In this document: piece by piece, positions 22,250 to 32,581 of the stretch
How the letters are laid out: each line of letters opens with the position of its first letter
Position numbering within the stretch: the first letter of the stretch is position 1
Source of the DNA: Guillardia theta CCMP2712
Taxonomy: Eukaryota; Protista; Cryptophyta
Length of the DNA: 32,581 nt
Direction of reading: 5' to 3'
NCBI RefSeq assembly: GCF_000315625.1
Contig: NW_005434619.1
Location: 72,529 to 105,109, forward strand
Position numbers and translations under genes: made by a program
The notes under the pieces: generated by a model
What the model saw: the letters and a program-made list of their open reading frames with translations, nothing else
Told to the model about the DNA's origin: nothing
The model's database searches: none

Positions 22250-23083
22250 ATGTTGAGAACTGCAGCGAGTTCGCCATACATATCGACGATGGTCAATGAC
22301 GAAGATGAAAGAGACTTGTTCAGCGACATGGGAACCTACCATGCCATCTGCCTCGCTAGAGCTCGGTCGAAGGACCGGAGCGATCGGACCATGGAGTGGA
22401 AGCACGTGCCTCGGTGCGTAGGCCTCGTGCGGCTCAGGCACGGCGCAGTGATCCCCAAGGAGATGCAAGTCAACGAGATCGGCAGGGTGCATGTCGCCCG
22501 CCCCCTCACCAAGGACTCCATCACCGACAGGCCCTCGCATCAGCTGAAGATGAGGGCTCCTCCTCAACGGCCCTCTACTGCCCCCCCAGGGGCGAGGCAG
22601 ACCCCCGTCGACGACCTTGCGAACCTGATCTGCACGCTAGACCGAAGCTCGTTGCGGTCGCTGATCGGGGTGCTTCAAACAAGGCTTGAGGGGGAGGGGG
22701 AGAGGGATGGGGAGGGAGACTCTGGACAGATGACGAAGCGGAGCTCCTTGCTCCAACGCGCGCCTGCTGTTGATTCCCGGCAAGCGCTGACGGTGAATGG
22801 CAAAGCAAAACCATGGCAGGTAAGAATTGCAGCGAACGGCAGCAAGTCGAACAGATCCTCGTTGCCTTCTCAGCGTTCAGTGCAAGTTGCTGTGGGCCAT
22901 CAAGCGGATAGTTCTCGCAGTCATTGGAGCAACACGGAGCCTCCAGTGAGCGGCAGCCATAGGGCGTCGGGTCGATCAGCAGTGAACGTTGAGAGCAATC
23001 GAAGTCGGGATCCGAGGAAAGAAACTCTTGTCAGGTTCCTGCAGACGGTCTTCAAACCTCACAGGTATCCGTCGAAACTCTGA
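22250..23083 (+). CDS. Hypothetical protein (upstream exons likely from ~21940)
   Basis: 277-aa non-repetitive ORF with coding-like GC3 bias and an RPSTAP motif. No family recognised. Confidence 0.55.
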   Translation: MLRTAASSPYISTMVNDEDERDLFSDMGTYHAICLARARSKDRSDRTMEWKHVPRCVGLVRLRHGAVIPKEMQVNEIGRVHVARPLTKDSITDRPSHQLKMRAPPQRPSTAPPGARQTPVDDLANLICTLDRSSLRSLIGVLQTRLEGEGERDGEGDSGQMTKRSSLLQRAPAVDSRQALTVNGKAKPWQVRIAANGSKSNRSSLPSQRSVQVAVGHQADSSRSHWSNTEPPVSGSHRASGRSAVNVESNRSRDPRKETLVRFLQTVFKPHRYPSKL

Positions 23084-23386
23084 TGTGGAAATAGCATGGC
23101 AGAGTAGTCAGCAGTGTGGGGAGGGGAGAGGGAGGCAGCACTAGTGGCAGGGGGAAAGATTCTGAATCTGAGACATCCTTCTTTGCAATCCTCACCCTAC
23201 TTGCAGGTCGGAGAGCGGGAGGCAACAGCCGGGTACTGAGCGGGAGCTGAACAACAACTGAGAACTACGAGGGAGCAACGAACAACGGAAAACAATATCT
23301 TGTTACAAGGCAAAAGTGCGAAGGGGGGAAAGAATATTGTAGAGGAAAATGAAAGAAAAAAACTATTCGGACCTATATGTTACACC

Positions 23387-25514
23387 TCATGACTTGTGCA
23401 GCTGCGCTCGAACTTTCTTCAAGTCAGTTTGCAAGATTCCCTCTACGTTCTTGAGATCCCCAACCAAGTTGCTGTATGAGGGGCGATCGACCTTCGGTCC
23501 TCCCCTCGCTCTCGTTGAGTGTGTTTCTGACCGCCTCCTCGACTTGCTTCCTACCACACCCGCCTCCTCCCTTGTGCCTGGCGGCACTGCTGCAGATCTC
23601 CGCTTCTGCCCCATGTGGAGGAGGATGGAGTCCGCACGTGACGTAGAGCTCTGGTCCACGAAGCTTCGCAATGCTCGGACAAAAGACAACCCCAAGTGCT
23701 CGACGTCCTTCGACTCCTTCGAGATTGAGTCCACCTCGTCGTCAGATCTCACCACCTCGTCGTCAGCCCCGGATGTTGAGGAGGAGGAGGGGGAGGAGGA
23801 GGACTGAGAGTGTTCCTTCTTCCATTTCTCGAGTAGGCGATTGATTGCGGACCTGGCAGGTACAAGAGGTCAAGAATGATCAAATCACGGAGAGATGCAC
23901 TCTACAGCCCAAAGCATAGATTGTGCGCTGACCAAGACGGGATCGTGAATAGAAGCAAGAGAAGGAGCAGGGGTAGGGGCAGGGGCAGGGGTGTTGGCAC
24001 CGTTTCATCTCAGGGAGGAAGTTTCTGTTCAACTTGATCTCAATTTGTTGAGGCAGGGCTGGACCTTCCCGCAAGAAGTTCGCCAGGTGCGCCTGGGCTG
24101 CAATAGGGACCCTCAGCGGGTAGGAAGCTTGAGAAGTCGCAGTCCCAGAACGCTCGGGGAGCAAGACACGCTCCATCACCCCGCGAGTGAGCAGAGGAGA
24201 CGCTGGAACCTCCACGAAACGAGGCAGGTAAGTCGAGCGTTGGGCCCTCATGGCAGCAGATGGATTCTTGTACTCGGGCGAATCCTGCTTCCCCTGCTGC
24301 TCACAGCACAACTCACATGCACGGCAGAGGTTCCCGTGCCTTACCTCGTGAGACGGGGCGGTGTCGGCGACAGCTTGTGACTGCTGGCCTTCAAGACTAT
24401 TACAACCAAGGGACAAGACCAGCACAGCGACACCTGAAGTAGCCGAGGAGGAAGAATGTAGAGGAGGAATCTGATGCCTCTCCACAGACACGAAAACAGG
24501 AGCAGTCTCTACCACGGCCTGTTGGGGCTGGCCGAGAATCTTCTAGGAAGGGAAATCAGGGAATGATATCCCGCTCGCAACACTTACAACAGGAGCGAAG
24601 TGCTTCATCACTGACATGGGAATTGTCTCCATGGTGCTTCTCCCAAGCCCTGGCTCGCTCAGCGGGGTCTGCCCGAAGTTCCACCCTTGACGGATGGTAG
24701 CTAAAGGAGGCCGCGGCGCTCTGGGGAGAAGAAACAAGAATGAGAAACGACGGGACGACAGTCCGGTATCAATCGCGTCATCGCCGTTTACCTCTTAGCA
24801 AATACTCTGAGCGCAAAAGTCAACGGACTTTCAAGGGGAAGATCGCTCAGTCACCTTCTTGCCTCCTCTTCTCCTCTGCTCGGCATGAGGTATGGTCGTC
24901 TCCATATGACATTCCTCTTGCGCAAGAACACGTCCACGCTGCTGTTCAGGTGAGGGCAGGGTTTCCTCTCCATCAGTCAGACCTGGCAGGAGCTTTCTTC
25001 CCGTGCCTCCAGCCCTCGGACTCAGCCCTGCCAGGAACATCACCAAGTTACAAGTCATTACAAGGCTCCTCATACGGCAGACAATCCTTCCTTGGTAGGA
25101 TGGCGCAGTCTTTTGAAACCAGCACGCCGTCTGATCGAATAGATGAGGAGACAGAGAGTCATTCAGCAACACCACCAGGACCTGGCGGGACCCCCCAGTT
25201 TCGCATATTGTGCGTGCCGTCGAAAGCAGGCTGCGTCTCCCATGTCAGCAAGGCAGAGCAGCAAGCAAGAAAGGCGAGCACAACCTTGTCATCATAGCTT
25301 CTTGTGTCGTGGACCGGCGAATTAACAAATTGCTAGCAAGAAGTTCAGCAAACGAGCAGCAAACTTGTTGGGTTACCTCTGGCACGAAATATCGATAACC
25401 AGTCCATCGGAGAAAGAGCTCCGTGGTATGAATTCTGCGGTTGCCCGCCATCAACAGTCCCAAGACTGCAGTCGAAACAAGGAGCGAACAAGCGGCGGGC
25501 CAAAGCTTCGACAT
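23387..25514 (-). CDS. Hypothetical multi-exon protein with N-terminal signal peptide / signal anchor
   Basis: Starts MSKLWPAACSLLVSTAVLGLLMAG. A series of short GT-AG-bounded exons follows (e.g. DSPEYKNPSAAMRAQRSTYLPRFVE, AHLANFLREGPALPQQIEIKLNRNFLPEMK). The last exon ends LQTDLKKVRAQLHKS* at 23387. Exon structure only partly resolved. Confidence 0.55.
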
Positions 25515-25642
25515 CTTCCTGCAAGATTGTCATGCTAAAGCAGATGTGGTCCTTTCTGTGCTCGAGCTCCCAAACCTTTTAATCCATTTTCTCTGCTTCA
25601 TCGAACAACATCCCTTGAATGAAACTTCTCCCCATCATCCGA

Positions 25643-25780
25643 TCCTGTCCTGTCCTGTCCTGTCCTGTCCTGTCCTGTCCTGTCCTGTCCTGTCCTGTCC
25701 TGTCCTGTCCTGTCCTGTCCTGTCCTGTCCTGTCCTGTCCTGTCCTGTCCTGTCCAGTCCAGTCCAGTCCTGTCCTGTCC
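25643..25780. repeat. (TGTCC)n pentanucleotide microsatellite
   Basis: More than 20 tandem TGTCC units with a few AGTCC variants. Confidence 0.95.
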
Positions 25781-25984
25781 TCTTGTCTCTGCATGTGCGT
25801 CTTTCTTGTCGCTATGCTGCCTCTCGGTACACTCTGCCATATCATGCCACATGCTATTTTCGGGATGACCGCACCCGGCCGGCCCGGCGCCCGCGGCTCG
25901 GCCGATCACTCAGTAAAGAGTCGGCAGAGTAAATCGGCGGGCCCGGCGGTCGCCGTGAGCGATCGGTACAAAATTTCAGCAGAA

Positions 25985-26047
25985 AAGTTCAAAACTTGAG
26001 AGCAAGTTCAAAACTTGAGAGCAAGTTCAAAACTTGCTCAAAACTTG
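25985..26047. repeat. 19-bp tandem repeat AAGTTCAAAACTTGAGAGC (about 3 copies plus a half-site) with a palindromic core
   Basis: Two full units, a third truncated unit, then CTCAAAACTTG. The core CAAGTT-caa-AACTTG is an inverted repeat. Confidence 0.9.
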
Positions 26048-26658
26048 CGAGGAGATGCACCCTTTGCCTTGCACAATTCGGACCGGTGGTTCATACGGCA
26101 AGGAGCTTTAAAAGACAGGGGTGGTTGCACACGAGTTTTTGGAAGCGACGCGATTGCAAGGCAACGCTATGCGGATACCACCCACCCTACACCATCAATG
26201 CTTTATGGACCCCACCGTGAGTGAGAAAAACTCTCCCCCGACCTCCCCACCACGTTTGTATGTCCCACCACCACCTGGAATCTCAGCCACCCTCGACATA
26301 CACCCCTTCTTTCCCAGGATTGTACCCCTTCTTTCCCACTTCTTGCAATTGATACTACCACCCCCACCCATCCTTTTTACAGACAATGATTACCCCACCT
26401 CCTCTCAAGTTTTCGCTGTGTCGATCCCCGATTCGTCAGCTCCACCGTTTTGCATCCCATAAGCGAGCACGACCTTGTATCCCCACTCTAAGGACATCTG
26501 CCCAAGGTTTCTCCTGTTCTGTCTGTCTCCTCTTACAGCGTTGGATAAAGAGGTGTTGCTTTCTTTGAGATAGTCAGCTACAGTTTTTGTCTTAAAGACA
26601 AGACCGGCTCTGCCTACTCGGCCATCTCTCATCTTGTGAGATATGTGCAATTGATACG

Positions 26659-27398
26659 ATGGATAGGGAATCAAAATCAGAACAAGAGACGAGGAGTGAC
26701 CAATGTACAGAAGCGAAACCGAGAAAACCTATCGAAAGAGAAGGAAGAAAACAGAAAGCCCTGCTAACACCAGAAAAGGCAATAGAAATTTATTCTTTGA
26801 GGGGATTTCAATCGGACAGCAAAACTGCTGAAAGTTGTTCGATAGCCAAACGTTTTGGAATAAGTGCAAAGGCCGTTCGGGATATCTGGGACAGAAAGTC
26901 GTGGGCGCATGCGACCATGTACATGTGGACTGCAGATGAGAGGCGGGAGTACGATCAAGTGGAGAGAAGAGGTCCAGGGAGACCAGTCGGCTCAAAGGAC
27001 AAGGTCCCAAGGAGACGAAAGCAGGATGGTACAGACACAGCTGTAGCTCTCGAGGTCGATGCTCCTGGTTCCCACTTTAGCTTCCGATTATTCCGTGTGG
27101 CTGACTTCGTATTTGTTTTGCTGCAGATGCTACGAATGATGTTGGAGTCCTTGTTTCGGAACCCTCATGTCAACCAGATCACTCAGCGCTGGAGTGCTGG
27201 GGAGCTGATGAGTTTAAAGTAAAAGATTTGCAGGCATCGGCAGCGCAAGGATCTTCAACAGCAAGTTCTTCAACCACCCTCGGCTCAAATTCTGATCAGG
27301 CAAATGCAGAGGATTACATGAGGGAGGGCAGCCCTGATTGGATGGCGCGGCCTACAACGGAGGGAATAGAAGATTTCATGTTCGAGGATCTTATATGA
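26659..27398 (+). CDS. Putative DNA-binding protein / transcription factor: HTH + AT-hook-like motif + acidic tail (226 aa, two exons)
   Basis: Exon 26659-27067: LLTPEKAIEIY...SIAKRFGISAKAVRDIWDRKSWAHAT (HTH-like) and RRGPGRPVGSKDKVPRRRK. GT-AG intron 27068-27126. Exon 27127-27398 ends EGIEDFMFEDLI*. Confidence 0.75.
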
Positions 27399-27551
27399 TT
27401 TGTTTAACAGTTGTACTTGTAAATGATAAGATTTGAACACAGTTACGTCATTGAATCGTATGAAGTTTTGATTCTAGAAATGTCGATCAGAGAGTGTTTG
27501 GATGTTTGTCCACCTGAATGAAAATTGTGCTTTGCCTTTGGAGTTTGAGAC

Positions 27552-28640
27552 GATGGAGTTTTTCACCCGGAATGAATTCTCACGATTGTGGACTCGAACA
27601 AGAGCACTTCAGCTTGTTGGACGAAAGTTCGTAGAGTTGTCTATCTTTAGAAAGATCTCCTTTCGTACGTGCTCCAAATAATCTACAACCTCTTCGTTCC
27701 TTCACCCCTCTGCCTCACCCCACTCTTTCCTTTCTGTCTTCCTTCCTCTTCCGCTATTCCTACTCCCTTCAATTCTTGACTCTTTTGTTGCAGCCCAGTT
27801 CATATGTTGGGGCTCAAAACACCCCACAGAGGTAAATACTCACTCCGAACAGCCTGCACTTGTTAAATCGTTTTCTAACTCCCTCGTCTACTGCTACACT
27901 CCTGATCTCCTTTCCGTTTGTTTCATCCTTATCCCTCATGTCTGTGGTTCTTCACAAACTGCAGCTTTCAGTCGAACACATTATTTCATGTTAAGTATCG
28001 GCCTTTGATGATTGGATCACGATTAGATCAGTTGCGTTTGGCATCAATATGGATCAGCACAAAAAGAAGGAATCGGGATTTGCGGTTCAGGAAGAAAAGG
28101 CAGCAATGATACTACTTCACAGCAGCTACCAACGGCAGAAGCATGGAACGTGAGCGGAGAGAGAGAATGGTTGCTCGCTAGCTAAGGATAGAGGGAGAGG
28201 CAGGAGATGAGGGTTTCTGGTTGAGCTCAGCAACTCCCCATCGCCTGCGATTCGACGGCATGCTAGCAAGGCGGTACCTGGCATGCGATCGAACCCACCG
28301 AATTATTTTTTCGAAGGTTCCATCGGGCTCACCTCAGGGACAAAACTTTGAGTACCCCCTCCTTGACCCTGGAATATACCCCACCCCTCAGTATTTTCCT
28401 TCACCTGGACATGCGAGTGGCGGCTCCTCTTCCTGCCACATGCCTCCTGCTCGCTCCTCCTCCTCCTCCTCCTCCTCCAGCTCTCAACTTCGTCCTCGTT
28501 GTTATCTACCTCCGCAAGTCACCCCTATCCTCCTCCTCCTCCTTCTCCCTGCCCCTACCGCCAACACTGCCAACACCACGTCACCTCCACAACCACCACC
28601 ACCTCCTCCTCCAGATCCTTCTGCTTCTGCATCTACCTGA
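27552..28640 (+). CDS. Possible small multi-exon hypothetical gene with Pro/Ser-rich end
   Basis: ATG at 27552 (MEFFTRNEFSRLW...) and several GT/AG-bounded segments (PQFICWGSKHPTE; VPSGSPQGQNFEYPLLDPG...). Middle phases were not resolved and no homology was recognised. Confidence 0.3.
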
Positions 28641-28886
28641 TGTTACCTGATGTGCTTGTCGCTTAGTTCTTGAGTCTTTCTTCATCTCTCTCCCATATTG
28701 CCATCTTCAAGTTCAAAGCTGCCACATAACTTGACATACTCGACATAATCACTTGTACAGCTATGTCTGTGGCTCCTGAGACGAGCATTGACAGAGCTCG
28801 TTTGATCACTCTGGCCAGCTCACTCCTTCTCAACAGGAACATGCTGGCGTCTAATATCACACTCGACTAGCCGAAGTCAGACCACC

Positions 28887-31800
28887 ATGGACCTTCTTGC
28901 TCTGCATTCCGCTCTGGCGGGTAAGTGTCGCTGCATGGCGACAGTGGAAAGGCTGACCTTGAACCAGGATCTCTTAGCGCCAATCATGACGAACGACAAG
29001 CAGCAGGTTATATTGGACGTATGAGGAGGATGAAAATGATGCGAATGCTGCAGAGAACGCTCTGAGAGGTCTGGACGCTGTGCCAGGATATCTGCCATGC
29101 CTCCTCCATATCATCAGCAGTCAAGAGGTGTTGGTTTCTCCCCACTGCAGTGACAGGCTGTTGAGATCTTTGCAGGTTACTGTGCAAGTCAAGCAAGCCG
29201 GCATGATCTACTTCAAGAACCTTGTGAGCGCTCGATCGATCGCCCTCCTGCCCCCTCACCTGCACTGAAGGTCCAGAAGCATTGGGAACGGGAGTACTCG
29301 CCGGAGAACAAGAAGGTGTGAAGGATTTTTCTTTGCAGTTCGACCAACAGTCAGGATGTTTACACGCTTCCGTGCTCAGGATGAAATCGTCTTCAGCGAG
29401 GCTGACAAGCAGTCAGTGCGGAATGGTCTGCTACCCTTTGTTGCTGCGCAGGGAGGGGAGTGATAGATTCCCGCAGGGCTGTTGGAGGCCCTTATCGTTG
29501 CAAATCATCAGACGAGGCCGCAGATCGTCGAGAGTCTAAGAAAGATCGCATGTAACGCTGAGCTTGCACGAGTGCCCTGCCCGTCCTGACAGTCGTTGCC
29601 GCAGCCGTGGACTTTCCTGTCCGAATGCCAGGTCCGCCCAGTCCTTTGCTCCTCAGCTTGCCTTGGAACTCTGTAGCGAGTTGTTGTTTCTCTGATTCTC
29701 GTTTTGCTCCCAACAGAATTCTTGGACGCCGTGGTATCGGAGCTCGACATTAACCTCCTCAACGCTCAGAGGGTCCTGGCTGCTCTGATCGCGTGCCGTG
29801 CGCTGTGCAAGGTTGCTGTTGTCCTGCTTCCTGCCCCACTCCCTTCTCCTATCTTCATTTCACTCCCTCACCCACCCATCGTCTCTCTCTCCTCTCTCCT
29901 CTCTCCCCTCTCCCCTCTCCCCTCTCCCCTCTCCCCTCTCCCCTCTTCTCTTTCTCTTCCTACACTTCTGTCTCCTTCTCCTCTCCTATCCCCTCCCATT
30001 CCCTCCCCTCCCCCTCTCACTCCTGATCACCTCAGGTCTTCGAGTACCGACAGGCGGAGCGGAGGCTCCCGCTCAACGGCATCATCAGCGCAGCGTTCTC
30101 GCGCATCGCGACAATCCTCGAGCTCCTGCTCACCGCTAGCCCAGAGGACGAGCAGGCAGCCGAGGCCATCAAGATCGGCGTCAAGTGCTTCTGGTCGTGC
30201 GTCCACCAGTCCGTCCCCTTGCAGTTGCAGGAGCCGGAGGTCTTCATGCGATGGATGTCCATCATGTACCGAGTGATCGAACGCCCCGTCCCCGCGTCCC
30301 TCAGTTCGCAGGCGAACGAAGCTGTGCTTGCCAAGAAACCCTTCTGGGCTGCGAAGCGCTGGGCCTGTCAGATCCTCCACAGGATCTTCCACAAGTACGG
30401 GAACCCCAAGACAGCAGAGAAACAGTTCGGGCCCACCCGGCCGGGGGAAGTCACGATCTCCCGCATCTTCCATGACGAGCTTGCCGTTCGCTTCATGAAC
30501 CTGATCCTGCAGTTCCTGTCCGGCAAGGCCAGTAACGCCTTCCTGCCCGAGCGAGCGGTGGTGGAATGCTTCAACTACCTCTCCACCGCCGTGTCCCTTG
30601 CCATCGTCTGGCAGGAGCTGAAGCCGCACGTGGAGTTCCTGGTGACTCAGGTGATCTTTCCCATCCTCTGCTTCGACGAGACAGACGCGGAGCTGTGGAG
30701 CGACGACCCGTCGGAGTTCATCCGCAAGTCCTACGACGTCATGGAGGACTACACCTCCCAGCGCGTTGCCGCCTGCTCGCTCGCCATCGATCTGTGCAAA
30801 AAGCGCGCCAAGTCCTGCCTCGTGCCCATCGTCAAGTTCTGCGAGAACCAGATCATTGAGTCGACCACCATGTCACAGCGGCATCCCGACAACCAGGAGC
30901 TGGCGGAGGCGTCGGCGAGCAAGAAGGACGGGGCTATGTACCTCCTCGGAGCGATCGCGATGCAGATTTCCGAGTCCGAGCAGCTGTACGAGTGCCAGGA
31001 CGGGATCGAGAACCTGATCTCCAACTTCATCGCCGTGGAGCTTGAGTCTCCTCGCGGGCACATGCGAGGACGCGCTTGCTGGGCCCTGGGGCATCTGGTG
31101 GACCTGATGGACGTCAGCTCCGACCAGTTCACGGGGCTGGTTCACCGGGTAATGAGGATGTTCAGGGACGAGCACATAGCCGTTCGCTTCCAGGCGGCGG
31201 TGGCGCTAAGGATGCTGATCTACGACCAGGACAACCGGACGGCATACGCGTCTATCAGGCAGGACGTCGGTTCCGTCCTGCCGCAGATCATGGAGGAGCT
31301 CTTCGTGTTGATGGATCAGATCAGCAGCGAGGAGCTGGTGTCGACCCTCGACGTCCTGATCGAGTGCTTCTCGAACCAGATGCCTCCCTTTGCTCAGGGC
31401 CTCTGTAACCGGCTGGCCGAGACGTTCCTGCGCTTCGCCGACTTCGACGACGTTGAGAACGACTCGAGCCTCGCAGCTTCACAGAGCTGCTGCGCCATCG
31501 CCACCCTCCTCGACTCCGTGAAAAACTGCCCGGAGGTCTTTCAGCAGCTCGAAGCGACGCTGATTCCCTTCCTCCTCCGCGTTCTTTCCCCGGACGAGAC
31601 TGGAGGGTATCCCTACACGGAGTACATCGAGGACTTCATTGAGATCGTCACATACCTGACAACCTACACCCCGCACGCCTCCGACGGCCTCTGGTCCCTC
31701 CTCCCTCCCCTCGCTCAGGTCTACCTGGACTGGGCGGACGAGTACCTGTGCAACATTAATCTGCCGCTCGAGAACTACATCTCGCGCTTCCCACAGGCAT

Positions 31801-32581
31801 TCATGGCCGACGAGAAGCGGCCGGAGCTGATCTTTCGCATCCTCACCAAGGTCCTCGACTCGAGGAGCGCGAGCGACCAGGACGTGGTCGAGGCGAACAA
31901 GCTCGCGCACTGCCTCCTCCTCCATGGCATGTCCAGCGTCGACAAGTTCGTCCCGGGGATCGTCTCTCTGGTCATCCGGAGGATGCAGCACTTCCCGCCG
32001 AAGAGGGACATCGTGCGGTCAGAGCTGATCAAGACTTCAGCCGCCTGCCTCTTCGTCAACCCTCGCAACTCCCTCATGACTGTGCAAGCTCACAACGCCA
32101 CCGCCCTTCTCTTCCAGGTCCTTGCGCTGGCTGTTTGTCCGTCGTCGGTTGATGTGGCGTGTTCGTGCAGACCTGGTTCACTGCTCTCATAGCTGTTGAG
32201 CAGAAGGAGACAAACAGGTTTACACTCGCTCCTCACTCCTGCTCCTCCTCTCATCTCTTGCCCCTCCCTCAGATTCATCTCCTCCTCTACCACCACCACC
32301 ACCTCCTCCTCCTCCTCCTCTCCTTCCCTCCCTGACTTGCTGTCCTCGTTGCAGGGCTGGCAACCAGTCCGCACCCATTTCAAGACAATCAATGACAAGA
32401 AGCTGTGTTCCCTGGGATTGACAGGTCCTTCTTATACATCTATTTGTGTATGTCCTTATGCGTCTCTTCGCTCCACCTCCCCATGAGAGCTTTCTTGGCG
32501 CCTCCCTGACGTCCCTCCAGCCATTCTCAGGACTCCCTTCGAGCATCTCTCCGCTCCTGTACAGGTAACCCTCCCTCCCTC
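28887..32581 (+). CDS. IPO7: Importin-7/8 family karyopherin beta (SAD2/Nmd5/Sxm1-like); runs off the right edge
   Basis: Small 5' exons: MDLLALHSALAG-SLSANHDERQAAENAL; VKQAGMIYFKNLVQKHW (IBN_N); VDFPVRMP. Long exon from 30036: FWAAKRWACQILHRIFHKYGNP, ELWSDDPSEFIR, KKDGAMYLLG, HMRGRACW, VRFQAAVAL. Later HFKTINDKKLCSLGLT. Confidence 0.93.

Noticed and set aside
25579-25999. ORFs with TGQDR / CPVLS repeats
   Set aside because: These are translations of the (TGTCC)n microsatellite.
25985-26047. CRISPR-like repeat array
   Set aside because: Units are adjacent with no unique spacers, there are no cas genes, and the context is eukaryotic.
32190-32354. Possible GA donor (AAG|gagaca) in the importin gene
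   Set aside because: An in-phase canonical donor GCT|gttgag is available, so GA is not required.

Overview
Gene-dense, intron-rich eukaryotic nuclear DNA. Most introns are 40-60 nt; many others are inflated by polypurine/polypyrimidine microsatellites. There are three 100-N scaffold gaps. The style suggests a cryptophyte alga such as Guillardia (inference). Manual splicing gives about 13 genes, largely on alternating strands: 5' part of an ABCC/MRP transporter (-), a coiled-coil/beta-helix-like protein (+), NPRL2 of GATOR1 (-), the C-terminus of a lysophospholipid acyltransferase (-, rest in a gap), an alpha/beta-hydrolase with Gly at the nucleophile position (+), an ankyrin-repeat protein (-), an LSMT/SETD3-like SET protein (+), a 76-aa three-exon microprotein missed by the ORF track (-), two hypothetical genes, an HTH + AT-hook-like putative transcription factor (+), a weak hypothetical gene (+) and importin-7/8 (+, runs off the end). 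Best leads: GA-AG introns implied by conserved protein motifs, the microprotein, the phage-HNH-type HTH factor with a nearby palindromic repeat array, and the pseudo-hydrolase head-to-head with an acyltransferase. Most ORFs in the supplied track are microsatellite or antisense artefacts. No rRNA, tRNA, CRISPR array or transposase was recognised.
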